From the NCBI RefSeq assembly GCF_051903065.1, contig NZ_CP178438.1: 64,000 bases of DNA; one strand, written 5' to 3'. Both the position numbers and the translations under genes were made by a program. Positions 24,736 through 34,261 of the stretch are shown in pieces. Each line of letters starts with the position of its first letter. Within the stretch, counting starts at the first letter, position 1. This stretch comes from Escherichia coli (GTDB taxonomy: Bacteria > Pseudomonadota > Gammaproteobacteria > Enterobacterales > Enterobacteriaceae). The notes beneath the pieces were generated by a model. It did not search any database and was not told the DNA's origin. It worked only from the letters and a program-made list of their open reading frames with translations.

Positions 24736-26814
24736 ATGTCATATACACCGATGAGTGATCTCGGACAGCAAGGGTTGTTCGACATCACTCGGACACTATT
24801 GCAGCAGCCCGATCTGGCCTCGCTGTGTGAGGCTCTTTCGCAACTGGTAAAGCGTTCTGCGCTCGCCGACAACGCGGCTATTGTGTTGTGGCAAGCGCAG
24901 ACTCAACGTGCGTCTTATTACGCATCGCGTGAAAAAGACACCCCCATTAAATATGAAGACGAAACTGTTCTGGCACACGGTCCGGTACGCAGCATTTTGT
25001 CGCGCCCTGATACGCTGCATTGCAGTTACGAAGAATTTTGTGAAACCTGGCCGCAGCTGGCCGCAGGTGGGCTATACCCAAAATTTGGTCACTATTGCCT
25101 GATGCCACTGGCGGCGGAAGGGCATATTTTTGGTGGCTGTGAATTTATTCGTTATGACGATCGCCCCTGGAGCGAAAAAGAGTTCAATCGTCTGCAAACA
25201 TTTACGCAGATCGTTTCTGTCGTCACCGAACAAATCCAGAGTCGCGTCGTTAACAATGTCGACTATGAGTTGTTATGCCGGGAACGAGATAACTTCCGCA
25301 TCCTGGTCGCCATCACCAACGCGGTGCTTTCCCGCCTGGATATGGACGAACTGGTCAGCGAAGTCGCCAAAGAAATCCATTACTATTTCGATATTGACGA
25401 TATCAGTATCGTCTTACGCAGCCACCGTAAAAACAAACTCAACATCTACTCCACTCACTATCTTGATAAACAGCATCCCGCCCACGAACAGAGCGAAGTC
25501 GATGAAGCCGGAACCCTCACCGAACGCGTGTTCAAAAGTAAAGAGATGCTGCTGATTAATCTCCACGAGCGGGATGATTTAGCCCCCTATGAACGCATGT
25601 TGTTCGACACCTGGGGCAACCAGATTCAAACCTTGTGCCTGTTACCGCTGATGTCTGGCGACACCATGCTGGGCGTGCTGAAACTGGCGCAATGTGAAGA
25701 GAAAGTGTTTACCACTACCAATCTGAATTTACTGCGCCAGATTGCCGAACGTGTGGCAATCGCTGTCGATAACGCCCTCGCCTATCAGGAAATCCATCGT
25801 CTGAAAGAACGGCTGGTTGATGAAAACCTCGCCCTGACCGAGCAGCTCAACAATGTTGATAGTGAATTTGGCGAGATTATTGGCCGCAGCGAAGCCATGT
25901 ACAGCGTGCTTAAACAAGTTGAAATGGTGGCGCAAAGTGACAGTACCGTGCTGATCCTCGGTGAAACTGGCACGGGTAAAGAGCTGATTGCCCGTGCTAT
26001 CCATAATCTCAGTGGGCGTAATAATCGCCGCATGGTCAAAATGAACTGCGCGGCGATGCCTGCCGGATTGCTGGAGAGCGATCTGTTTGGTCATGAGCGT
26101 GGGGCTTTTACTGGTGCCAGCGCCCAGCGCATTGGTCGTTTTGAACTGGCGGATAAAAGCTCCCTGTTCCTCGACGAAGTGGGCGATATGCCACTGGAGT
26201 TACAGCCGAAGTTGCTGCGTGTATTGCAGGAACAGGAGTTTGAACGCCTCGGCAGCAACAAAATCATTCAGACGGACGTGCGTCTAATCGCCGCGACTAA
26301 CCGCGATCTGAAAAAAATGGTCGCCGACCGTGAGTTCCGTAGCGATCTCTATTACCGCCTGAACGTATTCCCGATTCACCTTCCGCCACTACGCGAGCGT
26401 CCGGAAGATATTCCGCTGCTGGCGAAAGCCTTTACCTTCAAAATTGCCCGTCGTCTGGGGCGCAATATCGACAGCATTCCTGCCGAGACGTTGCGCACCT
26501 TGAGTAATATGGAGTGGCCGGGTAACGTACGCGAACTGGAAAACGTCATTGAGCGCGCGGTATTGCTAACACGCGGCAACGTGCTGCAGCTGTCATTGCC
26601 AGATATTGCTTTACCGGAGCCTGAAACGCCGCCTGCCGCAACGGTTGTCGCCCAGGAGGGCGAAGATGAATATCAGTTGATTGTTCGCGTGCTGAAAGAA
26701 ACTAACGGCGTGGTTGCCGGGCCTAAAGGCGCTGCGCAACGTCTGGGGCTGAAACGCACGACCCTGCTGTCACGGATGAAGCGACTGGGAATTGATAAAT
26801 CGGCATTGATTTAA
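24736..26814 (+). CDS. fhlA: Sigma54-dependent formate hydrogenlyase transcriptional activator FhlA
   Basis: ORF 24700..26814; start at MSYTPMSDLGQQ (692 aa); two GAF-like domains, AAA+ ([14 protein letters not shown]), C-terminal HTH. Confidence 0.93.
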   Translation: MSYTPMSDLGQQGLFDITRTLLQQPDLASLCEALSQLVKRSALADNAAIVLWQAQTQRASYYASREKDTPIKYEDETVLAHGPVRSILSRPDTLHCSYEEFCETWPQLAAGGLYPKFGHYCLMPLAAEGHIFGGCEFIRYDDRPWSEKEFNRLQTFTQIVSVVTEQIQSRVVNNVDYELLCRERDNFRILVAITNAVLSRLDMDELVSEVAKEIHYYFDIDDISIVLRSHRKNKLNIYSTHYLDKQHPAHEQSEVDEAGTLTERVFKSKEMLLINLHERDDLAPYERMLFDTWGNQIQTLCLLPLMSGDTMLGVLKLAQCEEKVFTTTNLNLLRQIAERVAIAVDNALAYQEIHRLKERLVDENLALTEQLNNVDSEFGEIIGRSEAMYSVLKQVEMVAQSDSTVLILGETGTGKELIARAIHNLSGRNNRRMVKMNCAAMPAGLLESDLFGHERGAFTGASAQRIGRFELADKSSLFLDEVGDMPLELQPKLLRVLQEQEFERLGSNKIIQTDVRLIAATNRDLKKMVADREFRSDLYYRLNVFPIHLPPLRERPEDIPLLAKAFTFKIARRLGRNIDSIPAETLRTLSNMEWPGNVRELENVIERAVLLTRGNVLQLSLPDIALPEPETPPAATVVAQEGEDEYQLIVRVLKETNGVVAGPKGAAQRLGLKRTTLLSRMKRLGIDKSALI

Positions 26815-26858
26815 CAGATGTGGTTATACTCGATCAACATTCAATGAAAGGAGGCAGT

Positions 26859-27287
26859 ATGGCAGTTTCAGCAAGAAATCAATTAACCGGAACAGTTAGC
26901 GCAGTAGCAATGGGCGCGGTGAATGACGAAGTAGAACTGACGCTGGCAGGTGGTGCAAAGCTGGTGGCAATTGTGACTCACAGCAGCCAGCAGGCTCTGG
27001 GTCTGGCGAAAGGGAAAGAAGCGATTGCCCTGATTAAAGCCCCGTGGGTAACGCTGGCAACGGAAGACTGTGGACTGAAATTCTCTGCTCGCAACCAGTT
27101 TGCTGGCAGCGTGTCGACAATCACCGAAGGCGCAGTGAACGCCACTGTCCATATCAAAACGGATGCGGGTTTTGAAATTGTGGCAGTGGTAACAAATGAA
27201 AGTCAGGATGAAATGAAACTCACCACTGGCTCACGCGTTATTGCATTGATCAAAGCATCAGCCATCCTGATTGCCACCAAAGCGTAA
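26859..27287 (+). CDS. Tandem Mop/TOBE-domain molybdate-binding protein (two ~70-aa repeats)
   Basis: ORF 26820..27287; start chosen at ATG 26859 after AGGAGG RBS (MAVSARNQLTGTV...); internal duplication SARNQLTGTVSAV / SARNQFAGSVSTI typical of Mop repeats; 45 nt downstream of fhlA stop. Confidence 0.75.
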   Translation: MAVSARNQLTGTVSAVAMGAVNDEVELTLAGGAKLVAIVTHSSQQALGLAKGKEAIALIKAPWVTLATEDCGLKFSARNQFAGSVSTITEGAVNATVHIKTDAGFEIVAVVTNESQDEMKLTTGSRVIALIKASAILIATKA

Positions 27288-27298
27288 ACGCCTTATTT

Positions 27299-27321
27299 GC
27301 CGGAGAGTATGGCTCTCCGGC
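27299..27321 (+). terminator. Stem-loop terminator after the Mop gene
   Basis: GCCGGAGAG-tatgg-CTCTCCGGC, perfect 9-bp stem followed by a T-rich tract on the + strand. Confidence 0.6.
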
Positions 27322-27325
27322 AGAT

Positions 27326-27670
27326 TTATTTCTTTGGACGATATTTTTCTGGCAACTCCGGCACCGGACGCTTGTCATCGATGAGATGACGCACGGTTAA
27401 GATCGGATGACGCCACAGCATTCTCGGCCCGGCCCAACGCATAATCTGTTTCATCTCTTCACGCTTTGCAGGCTGGTAACAGTGCACCGGACACTGCTTA
27501 CAGGCTGGTTTCTCTTCGCCGAACACACATTTATCCAGCCGCTTTTGCGCGTAAGCAAACAACGCCTCGTAATGCTCCGGCTCCGCTGACGCCTGCGGGC
27601 ATTTCGCTTGATAAAGATCGATCATTTTTTTAATCGTCAGTTTTTCACGAGAGATACGCTTGCCGGACAT
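27326..27670 (-). CDS. ygbA: Cys-rich protein YgbA (function unknown; nitrosative-stress regulon member)
   Basis: 114 aa with conserved cysteines (CPQ...CKQCPVHC); divergent from mutS; upstream inverted repeat TTAAGATGCATTT...ATCTTAA at 27686-27718 resembles an NsrR-type operator. Confidence 0.8.
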   Translation of the reverse strand: MSGKRISREKLTIKKMIDLYQAKCPQASAEPEHYEALFAYAQKRLDKCVFGEEKPACKQCPVHCYQPAKREEMKQIMRWAGPRMLWRHPILTVRHLIDDKRPVPELPEKYRPKK

Positions 27671-27956
27671 GCTGCCTCCATCTCATTAAGATGCATTTAT
27701 ATTACAACTTAATCTTAAAGGGCACTATGACTCTAAAGAAGAAGGGTTCGCCAACCGATACAATTTTGCGTACTTGCTTCATAAGCATCACGCAAAAGCT
27801 GCAAAACAGCATCTTTCCCGGAACCAGCATCAAGAACTCGCCGTTCGCTTCTTCCCCTGAAATGATTAACTCCGGTATCATGTGCGCCTTATGTGATTAC
27901 AACGAAAATAAAAACCATCACACCCCATTTAATATCAGGGAACCGGACATAACCCC

Positions 27957-30518
27957 ATGAGTGCAATAGAAAATTTCGACGCCCATACGCCCATGATGCA
28001 GCAGTATCTCAAGCTGAAAGCCCAGCATCCCGAGATCCTGCTGTTTTACCGGATGGGTGATTTTTATGAACTGTTTTATGACGACGCAAAACGCGCGTCG
28101 CAACTGCTGGATATTTCACTGACCAAACGAGGTGCTTCAGCGGGAGAGCCGATCCCGATGGCGGGGATCCCCTACCATGCGGTGGAAAACTACCTCGCCA
28201 AACTGGTGAATCAGGGCGAGTCCGTTGCCATCTGCGAACAAATTGGCGATCCGGCGACCAGCAAAGGTCCGGTTGAGCGCAAAGTTGTGCGTATCGTTAC
28301 GCCAGGCACCATCAGCGATGAAGCCCTGTTGCAGGAGCGTCAGGACAACCTGCTGGCGGCTATCTGGCAGGACAGCAAAGGTTTCGGCTACGCGACGCTG
28401 GATATCAGTTCCGGGCGTTTTCGCCTGAGCGAACCGGCTGACCGGGAAACGATGGCGGCAGAACTGCAACGCACTAATCCTGCGGAACTGCTGTATGCAG
28501 AAGATTTTGCTGAAATGTCGTTAATTGAAGGCCGTCGCGGCCTGCGCCGTCGCCCGCTGTGGGAGTTTGAAATCGACACCGCGCGCCAGCAGTTGAATCT
28601 GCAATTTGGCACTCGCGATCTGGTCGGTTTTGGCGTCGAGAACGCGCCGCGCGGACTTTGTGCTGCCGGTTGTCTGTTGCAGTATGCGAAAGATACCCAA
28701 CGTACGACTCTGCCGCATATTCGTTCCATCACCATGGAACGTGAGCAGGACAGCATCATTATGGATGCCGCGACGCGTCGTAATCTGGAAATCACCCAGA
28801 ACCTGGCGGGTGGTGCGGAAAATACGCTGGCTTCTGTGCTCGACTGCACCGTCACGCCGATGGGCAGCCGTATGCTGAAACGCTGGCTGCATATGCCAGT
28901 GCGCGATACCCGCGTGTTGCTTGAGCGCCAGCAAACTATTGGCGCATTGCAGGATTTCACCGCCGGGCTACAGCCGGTACTGCGTCAGGTCGGCGACCTG
29001 GAACGTATTCTGGCACGTCTGGCTTTACGAACTGCTCGCCCACGCGATCTGGCCCGTATGCGCCACGCTTTCCAGCAACTGCCGGAGCTGCGTGCGCAGT
29101 TAGAAACTGTCGATAGTGCACCGGTACAGGCGCTACGTGAGAAGATGGGCGAGTTTGCCGAGCTGCGCGATCTGCTGGAGCGAGCAATCATCGACACACC
29201 GCCGGTGCTGGTACGCGACGGTGGTGTTATCGCATCGGGCTATAACGAAGAGCTGGATGAGTGGCGCGCGCTGGCTGACGGCGCGACCGATTATCTGGAG
29301 CGTCTGGAAGTCCGCGAGCGTGAACGTACCGGCCTGGACACGCTGAAAGTTGGCTTTAATGCGGTGCACGGCTACTACATTCAAATCAGCCGTGGGCAAA
29401 GCCATCTGGCACCCATCAACTACATGCGTCGCCAGACGCTGAAAAACGCCGAGCGCTACATCATTCCAGAGCTAAAAGAGTACGAAGATAAAGTTCTCAC
29501 CTCAAAAGGCAAAGCACTGGCACTGGAAAAACAGCTTTATGAAGAGTTGTTCGACCTGCTGTTGCCGCATCTGGAAGCGTTGCAACAGAGCGCGAGCGCG
29601 CTGGCGGAACTCGACGTGCTGGTGAACCTGGCGGAACGGGCCTATACCCTGAACTACACCTGCCCGACCTTTATTGATAAACCGGGCATTCGCATTACCG
29701 AAGGCCGCCATCCGGTGGTTGAACAGGTGCTGAACGAGCCATTTATCGCCAACCCGCTGAACCTGTCGCCACAGCGTCGCATGTTGATCATTACCGGTCC
29801 GAATATGGGCGGTAAAAGTACCTATATGCGCCAGACCGCACTGATTGCGCTGATGGCCTACATCGGCAGCTATGTACCGGCACAAAAAGTTGAGATTGGA
29901 CCTATCGATCGCATCTTTACCCGCGTAGGGGCAGCGGATGATCTGGCATCCGGGCGTTCAACCTTTATGGTGGAAATGACCGAAACCGCCAATATTTTAC
30001 ATAACGCCACCGAGTACAGTCTGGTACTGATGGATGAGATTGGGCGCGGAACTTCCACTTACGATGGTCTGTCGCTGGCGTGGGCGTGCGCGGAAAATCT
30101 GGCGAATAAGATTAAAGCATTGACGTTGTTTGCTACCCACTATTTCGAGCTGACCCAGTTACCGGAGAAAATGGAAGGCGTCGCCAACGTGCATCTCGAT
30201 GCACTGGAGCACGGCGACACCATTGCCTTTATGCATAGCGTGCAGAATGGCGCGGCGAGCAAAAGCTACGGCCTCGCGGTTGCAGCTCTGGCCGGCGTGC
30301 CAAAAGAGGTTATTAAGCGCGCACGGCAAAAACTGCGTGAGCTGGAAAGCATTTCGCCGAACGCCGCCGCTACGCAAGTGGATGGTACACAAATGTCTTT
30401 GCTGTCCGTACCGGAAGAAACCTCGCCTGCGGTCGAGGCACTGGAAAACCTCGATCCAGATTCACTCACCCCGCGTCAGGCGCTGGAATGGATTTATCGC
30501 CTGAAGAGTCTGGTGTAA
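27957..30518 (+). CDS. mutS: DNA mismatch repair protein MutS
   Basis: 853 aa; Walker [10 protein letters not shown]; full length and intact. Confidence 0.96.
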   Translation: MSAIENFDAHTPMMQQYLKLKAQHPEILLFYRMGDFYELFYDDAKRASQLLDISLTKRGASAGEPIPMAGIPYHAVENYLAKLVNQGESVAICEQIGDPATSKGPVERKVVRIVTPGTISDEALLQERQDNLLAAIWQDSKGFGYATLDISSGRFRLSEPADRETMAAELQRTNPAELLYAEDFAEMSLIEGRRGLRRRPLWEFEIDTARQQLNLQFGTRDLVGFGVENAPRGLCAAGCLLQYAKDTQRTTLPHIRSITMEREQDSIIMDAATRRNLEITQNLAGGAENTLASVLDCTVTPMGSRMLKRWLHMPVRDTRVLLERQQTIGALQDFTAGLQPVLRQVGDLERILARLALRTARPRDLARMRHAFQQLPELRAQLETVDSAPVQALREKMGEFAELRDLLERAIIDTPPVLVRDGGVIASGYNEELDEWRALADGATDYLERLEVRERERTGLDTLKVGFNAVHGYYIQISRGQSHLAPINYMRRQTLKNAERYIIPELKEYEDKVLTSKGKALALEKQLYEELFDLLLPHLEALQQSASALAELDVLVNLAERAYTLNYTCPTFIDKPGIRITEGRHPVVEQVLNEPFIANPLNLSPQRRMLIITGPNMGGKSTYMRQTALIALMAYIGSYVPAQKVEIGPIDRIFTRVGAADDLASGRSTFMVEMTETANILHNATEYSLVLMDEIGRGTSTYDGLSLAWACAENLANKIKALTLFATHYFELTQLPEKMEGVANVHLDALEHGDTIAFMHSVQNGAASKSYGLAVAALAGVPKEVIKRARQKLRELESISPNAAATQVDGTQMSLLSVPEETSPAVEALENLDPDSLTPRQALEWIYRLKSLV

Positions 30519-30623
30519 TAATAATTCCCGATAGTCTTTTGCTATCGGGAATATTAACGATAACTGACGAATCAAATAAAAATACCCTGTATAATAGGAA
30601 AGCTTATTTTACAGGGTAAAACC

Positions 30624-31280
30624 ATGCCATCTACACGCTATCAAAAAATCAATGCCCATCACTATCGCCATATATGGGTCGTTGGTGATATTCATGGTGA
30701 ATATCAGTTATTACAATCCCGCTTAAATCAACTCTCTTTTTTCCCCGAAACCGACTTACTTATTTCTGTCGGTGATAATATTGATCGTGGGCCGGAGAGT
30801 CTTAACGTCCTGCGCCTGCTAAACCAGCCCTGGTTTATCTCCGTTAAAGGCAACCACGAAGCAATGGCGCTGGATGCGTTCGCGACCGGCGATGGCAATA
30901 TGTGGCGTGCCAGCGGTGGTGACTGGTTTTTCGATTTAAATGATTCAGAGCAACAAGAGGCAATAGATCTGTTGCTGAAATTCCATCACCTTCCACATAT
31001 TATTGAAATCACTAACGACAACATAAAATATGTCATCGCACATGCAGATTATCCGGGGAGTGAATATCTCTTTGGTAAAGAAATAGCGGAGAGCGAATTA
31101 CTCTGGCCTGTTGATCGTGTGCAGAAATCACTTAATGGCGAGTTACAACAAATAAACGGCGCTGATTATTTTATATTTGGACATATGATGTTTGATAACA
31201 TTCAGACGTTCGCTAACCAGATTTATATTGATACCGGATCGCCGAAAAGCGGGCGGCTGTCATTTTATAAAATAAAGTAA
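30624..31280 (+). CDS. pphB: Serine/threonine protein phosphatase 2 (PP2B-like metallophosphatase)
   Basis: 218 aa; metallophosphatase motifs GDIHG, GDNIDRG, GNHE. Confidence 0.9.
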   Translation: MPSTRYQKINAHHYRHIWVVGDIHGEYQLLQSRLNQLSFFPETDLLISVGDNIDRGPESLNVLRLLNQPWFISVKGNHEAMALDAFATGDGNMWRASGGDWFFDLNDSEQQEAIDLLLKFHHLPHIIEITNDNIKYVIAHADYPGSEYLFGKEIAESELLWPVDRVQKSLNGELQQINGADYFIFGHMMFDNIQTFANQIYIDTGSPKSGRLSFYKIK

Positions 31281-31284
31281 TGAG

Positions 31285-31319
31285 GCCGGGTAAAGCAAAG
31301 CCACTACCCGGCACTTTTT
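31285..31319 (+). terminator. Rho-independent terminator after pphB
   Basis: GCCGGGTA-(12 nt loop)-TACCCGGC followed by ACTTTTTA. Confidence 0.6.
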
Positions 31320-31320
31320 A

Positions 31321-31557
31321 TTAGCGCTTACCTTCCGCCAGCAGCGGCGGGATGCTCGGCACCATTGGCGCGTCATCAATATCTTTCTGCGTCATGCGGA
31401 ACGCTTCGGGATAATGTTCGCGGCTGGTACGGCGCAGCGGTTCGGTATCGCGCCAGGTATAAAGGCAATGCTGGCACTGATATACCGTCCAGACATCTTT
31501 CACCGGCGATTTCGCCATCACTTCAATCTGTTCATCGGCACAACGTGGACAAATCAT
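31321..31557 (-). CDS. ecdD: Small zinc-ribbon subunit D of a UbiX/UbiD-type aromatic acid decarboxylase (BsdD/VdcD/KpdD family)
   Basis: 78 aa with CxxC...CxxC (MICPRCADEQ...CQHC); immediately downstream of the UbiD-like gene; symbol follows my recollection of E. coli O157 naming and needs confirmation. Confidence 0.7.
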   Translation of the reverse strand: MICPRCADEQIEVMAKSPVKDVWTVYQCQHCLYTWRDTEPLRRTSREHYPEAFRMTQKDIDDAPMVPSIPPLLAEGKR

Positions 31558-31567
31558 CTTGTTCTCC

Positions 31568-32995
31568 TTATTTACGTGCAGCCAGCATAGCGGTCAGTTT
31601 TTCAGCCCAGGCTTTGGTTTCCGGCAAATCCACCACCGGCTGGCTGTAGTGACCACGGTTGTCCGGGGCGACAGGCGTGGTGGCGTCGATAATCAGCTTG
31701 TCGGTGATCCCCGCCGGGCTTGAGCCAGGGTCGAGTTCCAGCACGGACATATTCGGCAACTGCACCAAATCCCCTGCCGGATTTACTTTCGAGGAGAGCG
31801 CCCACATCACCTGCGGCAGGTTGAACGGGTCAACGTCTTCATCGACCATAATCACCATCTTTACGTAGCCCAGACCGTGCGGCGTGGTCATCGCACGCAG
31901 GCCCACCGCGCGGGCAAAGCCGCCGTAGCGTTTTTTGGTGGAGATAATCGCCAGCAGGCCGTGGGTGTACATGGCGTTTACCGCCTGCACTTCCGGGAAC
32001 TCGGCTTTCAGTTGTTGATACAGCGGTACGCAGGTGGCTGGCCCCATCAGGTAGTCGATTTCGGTCCACGGCATGCCGAGGTACAGCGATTCGAAAATCG
32101 GCCTGGTGCGGTAAGAGACTTTATCGATGCGCACCACGGTCATGTTACGCCCGCCGGAGTAGTGTCCGGTAAACTCACCGAACGGCCCCTCGATTTCGCG
32201 TTTACGGCTTTCGATGACCCCTTCGAGGATCACTTCTGAACCCCACGGCACATCAAAACCGGTCAGCGGGGCGGTGGCGATCGGGTACGAGCTTTCACGC
32301 AGCGCGCCTGCCATTTCATACTCAGACTGATCGTATTTCAGCGGCGTGGCCCCCATCAGCGTGATGATCGGATCGTTACCGAGCGTGATGGCAATCGGCA
32401 GATCTTCACCGCGCTCTTCTGCTTTATGCAGATGCAGGGCGATATCGTGCATCGGCACCGGTTGCAGGCCGAGCTTACGCTTGCCCTTCACTTCCATGCG
32501 GTAGATGCCGACGTTCTGCTTGCCGAAGTTATCTGGGTCGAGCGGATCGCGGGAAACCACGCACGCTTTGTCGAGATAGAAACCGCCATCACCGTCGTTT
32601 AAACGAAACAGCGGCAGGATATCGAACAGATTAATCTCGTCACCATCGACGGTGTTCTGCGCCCAGGCTGGATTGGCGCGGCGCTCCGGGGCGATCGGGA
32701 AGTTATCCCAGCGGCGGATAAACTCATCAATCTGTTTTTTAACCGGGGTGTTTGGCGGCAGGCCCAAGGAAATCGCGTGGTTCTGCCAGGAACCGATGGT
32801 ATTCATCGCCACGCGGGCATCGGTAAAACCGCGAATATTATCAAACCACAGCGCCGGTGCACCATCGCCGATACGCCCGGTGGCGTTGGCAGCGGCAGCC
32901 AGATCCGGTTCCGCGTTCACCTCTTCGCTGATTTTCAGTAACTGGCCGTGGTCATCAAGCGCCTGTAAAAAGCTGCGTAAATCATCAAATGCCAT
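31568..32995 (-). CDS. ecdC: UbiD-family (prFMN-dependent) aromatic acid decarboxylase, subunit C
   Basis: 475 aa UbiD-like translation; operon order B-C-D on minus strand. Confidence 0.8.
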   Translation of the reverse strand: MAFDDLRSFLQALDDHGQLLKISEEVNAEPDLAAAANATGRIGDGAPALWFDNIRGFTDARVAMNTIGSWQNHAISLGLPPNTPVKKQIDEFIRRWDNFPIAPERRANPAWAQNTVDGDEINLFDILPLFRLNDGDGGFYLDKACVVSRDPLDPDNFGKQNVGIYRMEVKGKRKLGLQPVPMHDIALHLHKAEERGEDLPIAITLGNDPIITLMGATPLKYDQSEYEMAGALRESSYPIATAPLTGFDVPWGSEVILEGVIESRKREIEGPFGEFTGHYSGGRNMTVVRIDKVSYRTRPIFESLYLGMPWTEIDYLMGPATCVPLYQQLKAEFPEVQAVNAMYTHGLLAIISTKKRYGGFARAVGLRAMTTPHGLGYVKMVIMVDEDVDPFNLPQVMWALSSKVNPAGDLVQLPNMSVLELDPGSSPAGITDKLIIDATTPVAPDNRGHYSQPVVDLPETKAWAEKLTAMLAARK

Positions 32996-33588
32996 TATTC
33001 ATTCTCCTGAGAAAAATTCCGGGCCTGCGGCAATCCTTGCCAGCGCCTGGCGTGGGGATGTTCGAGGCCAAATTGATCCAGCACGCGGGCTACTACATGG
33101 TGGACAATGTCATCTACCGTTTCGGGATGGTTATAAAAGGCAGGCATCGGCGGCACCATCGCCACGCCCATGCGTGAAAGTGCGAGCATATTTTCGAGAT
33201 GGATGGTGCTAAGCGGCATTTCACGCGGCACCAGCACCAGTTTGCGGCCTTCTTTGAGCACGACGTCCGCCGCGCGCCCTACCAGGCCATCAGCGTAACC
33301 AGCGCGGATACCGGCGAGCGTTTTCATACTGCACGGAATAACGATCATGCCGTCGGTACGAAAGGAACCTGAGGAGATGGTCGCCGCCTGATCCGCCGGG
33401 TTATGGCTGAAGTCAGCGAGGGCAGCAACATCGCGGGCGCTGTAAGGCGTTTCCAGTTCAATGGTGGTTTTCGCCCACTTCGACATCACCAGATGAGTCT
33501 CGACATTCGGCATCTCCCGCAGCGCTTGCAGTAATGCCACACCAAGAGGCGCACCGGTAGCCCCTGTCATCCCGACGATCAGTTTCAT
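32995..33588 (-). CDS. ecdB: UbiX/Pad1-family flavin prenyltransferase, subunit B
   Basis: 197 aa; N-terminal MKLIVGMTGATGA flavoprotein motif typical of UbiX. Confidence 0.8.
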   Translation of the reverse strand: MKLIVGMTGATGAPLGVALLQALREMPNVETHLVMSKWAKTTIELETPYSARDVAALADFSHNPADQAATISSGSFRTDGMIVIPCSMKTLAGIRAGYADGLVGRAADVVLKEGRKLVLVPREMPLSTIHLENMLALSRMGVAMVPPMPAFYNHPETVDDIVHHVVARVLDQFGLEHPHARRWQGLPQARNFSQENE

Positions 33589-33605
33589 TGCTTATTCTCT
33601 TAATT

Positions 33606-33619
33606 GTTCGTATACGAAC
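33606..33619. promoter_or_regulatory. Perfect 14-bp palindrome, candidate MarR-type operator
   Basis: GTTCGTATACGAAC, 18 nt upstream of the ecdB start codon in the divergent intergenic region. Confidence 0.35.
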
Positions 33620-33734
33620 GTTATTATTAAAATACGCCTCTGTTCTCATCGCGGCAAGCACTGAAAAGTAACAACATCCCCTTCGTCACTGAAAAACCGC
33701 TATGATAGCGGCAGAGAATTAGCCCGGAGTTTAC

Positions 33735-34142
33735 ATGGCGTTACGAAATAAAGCGTTCCATCAGTTACGACAGCTTTTTCAGCAGCACACATCTCGCTGG
33801 CAGCATGAGCTACCTGGCCTGACCAAACCGCAGTACGCGGTGATGCGCGCCATTGCTGATAAGCCTGGTATCGAACAGGTTGCGCTGATGGAAGCAGCAG
33901 TCAGCACCAAAGCAACGCTGGCAGAAATGCTGGCAAGAATGGAGAATCGTGGCTTAGTCAGACGTGATCATGATGCCGCTGACAAGCGGCGTCGCTTTGT
34001 CTGGCTGACTGCCGAAGGAGAAAAGATACTTGCTGCGGCGATACCGATTGGTGACAGCGTGGATGAGGAATTTTTGGGGCGTTTGAGTGCAGAAGAGCAG
34101 GAGCTGTTTGTGCAGCTGGTGCGCAAGATGATGAACACATAG
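33735..34142 (+). CDS. MarR/SlyA-family winged-helix transcriptional regulator
   Basis: 135 aa; MarR-type wHTH (LTKPQYAVMRAI...GLVRR); divergent from the decarboxylase cassette. Confidence 0.8.
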   Translation: MALRNKAFHQLRQLFQQHTSRWQHELPGLTKPQYAVMRAIADKPGIEQVALMEAAVSTKATLAEMLARMENRGLVRRDHDAADKRRRFVWLTAEGEKILAAAIPIGDSVDEEFLGRLSAEEQELFVQLVRKMMNT

Positions 34143-34204
34143 GATGCAAATTGCCGGGTAGGACGCTGACGTGTCTTATCCAGGCGACAAAAACACAAGC
34201 TTCC

Positions 34205-34250
34205 CAAACAAAAGAAAAAGGCCAGCCTCGCTTGAGACTGGCCTTTCTGA
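34205..34250 (-). terminator. rpoS terminator (also serves the convergent MarR gene)
   Basis: GGCCAGCCTCGCTTGAGACTGGCC hairpin flanked by an A-run on + and a T-run on the minus strand. Confidence 0.65.
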
Positions 34251-34261
34251 CAGATGCTTAC

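Noticed and set aside
27691-27960. 89-aa + strand ORF in the ygbA-mutS intergenic region
   Set aside because: Low-complexity translation with no RBS and no domain; the region is the divergent promoter space of ygbA and mutS.
31321-34142. Considered whether the decarboxylase cassette plus MarR gene is a novel defence or mobile island
   Set aside because: Gene content is a metabolic UbiX/UbiD decarboxylase operon with its regulator; no integrase, transposase, tRNA or direct repeats flank it, and this arrangement of the mutS-rpoS interval has, to my recollection, been described before.
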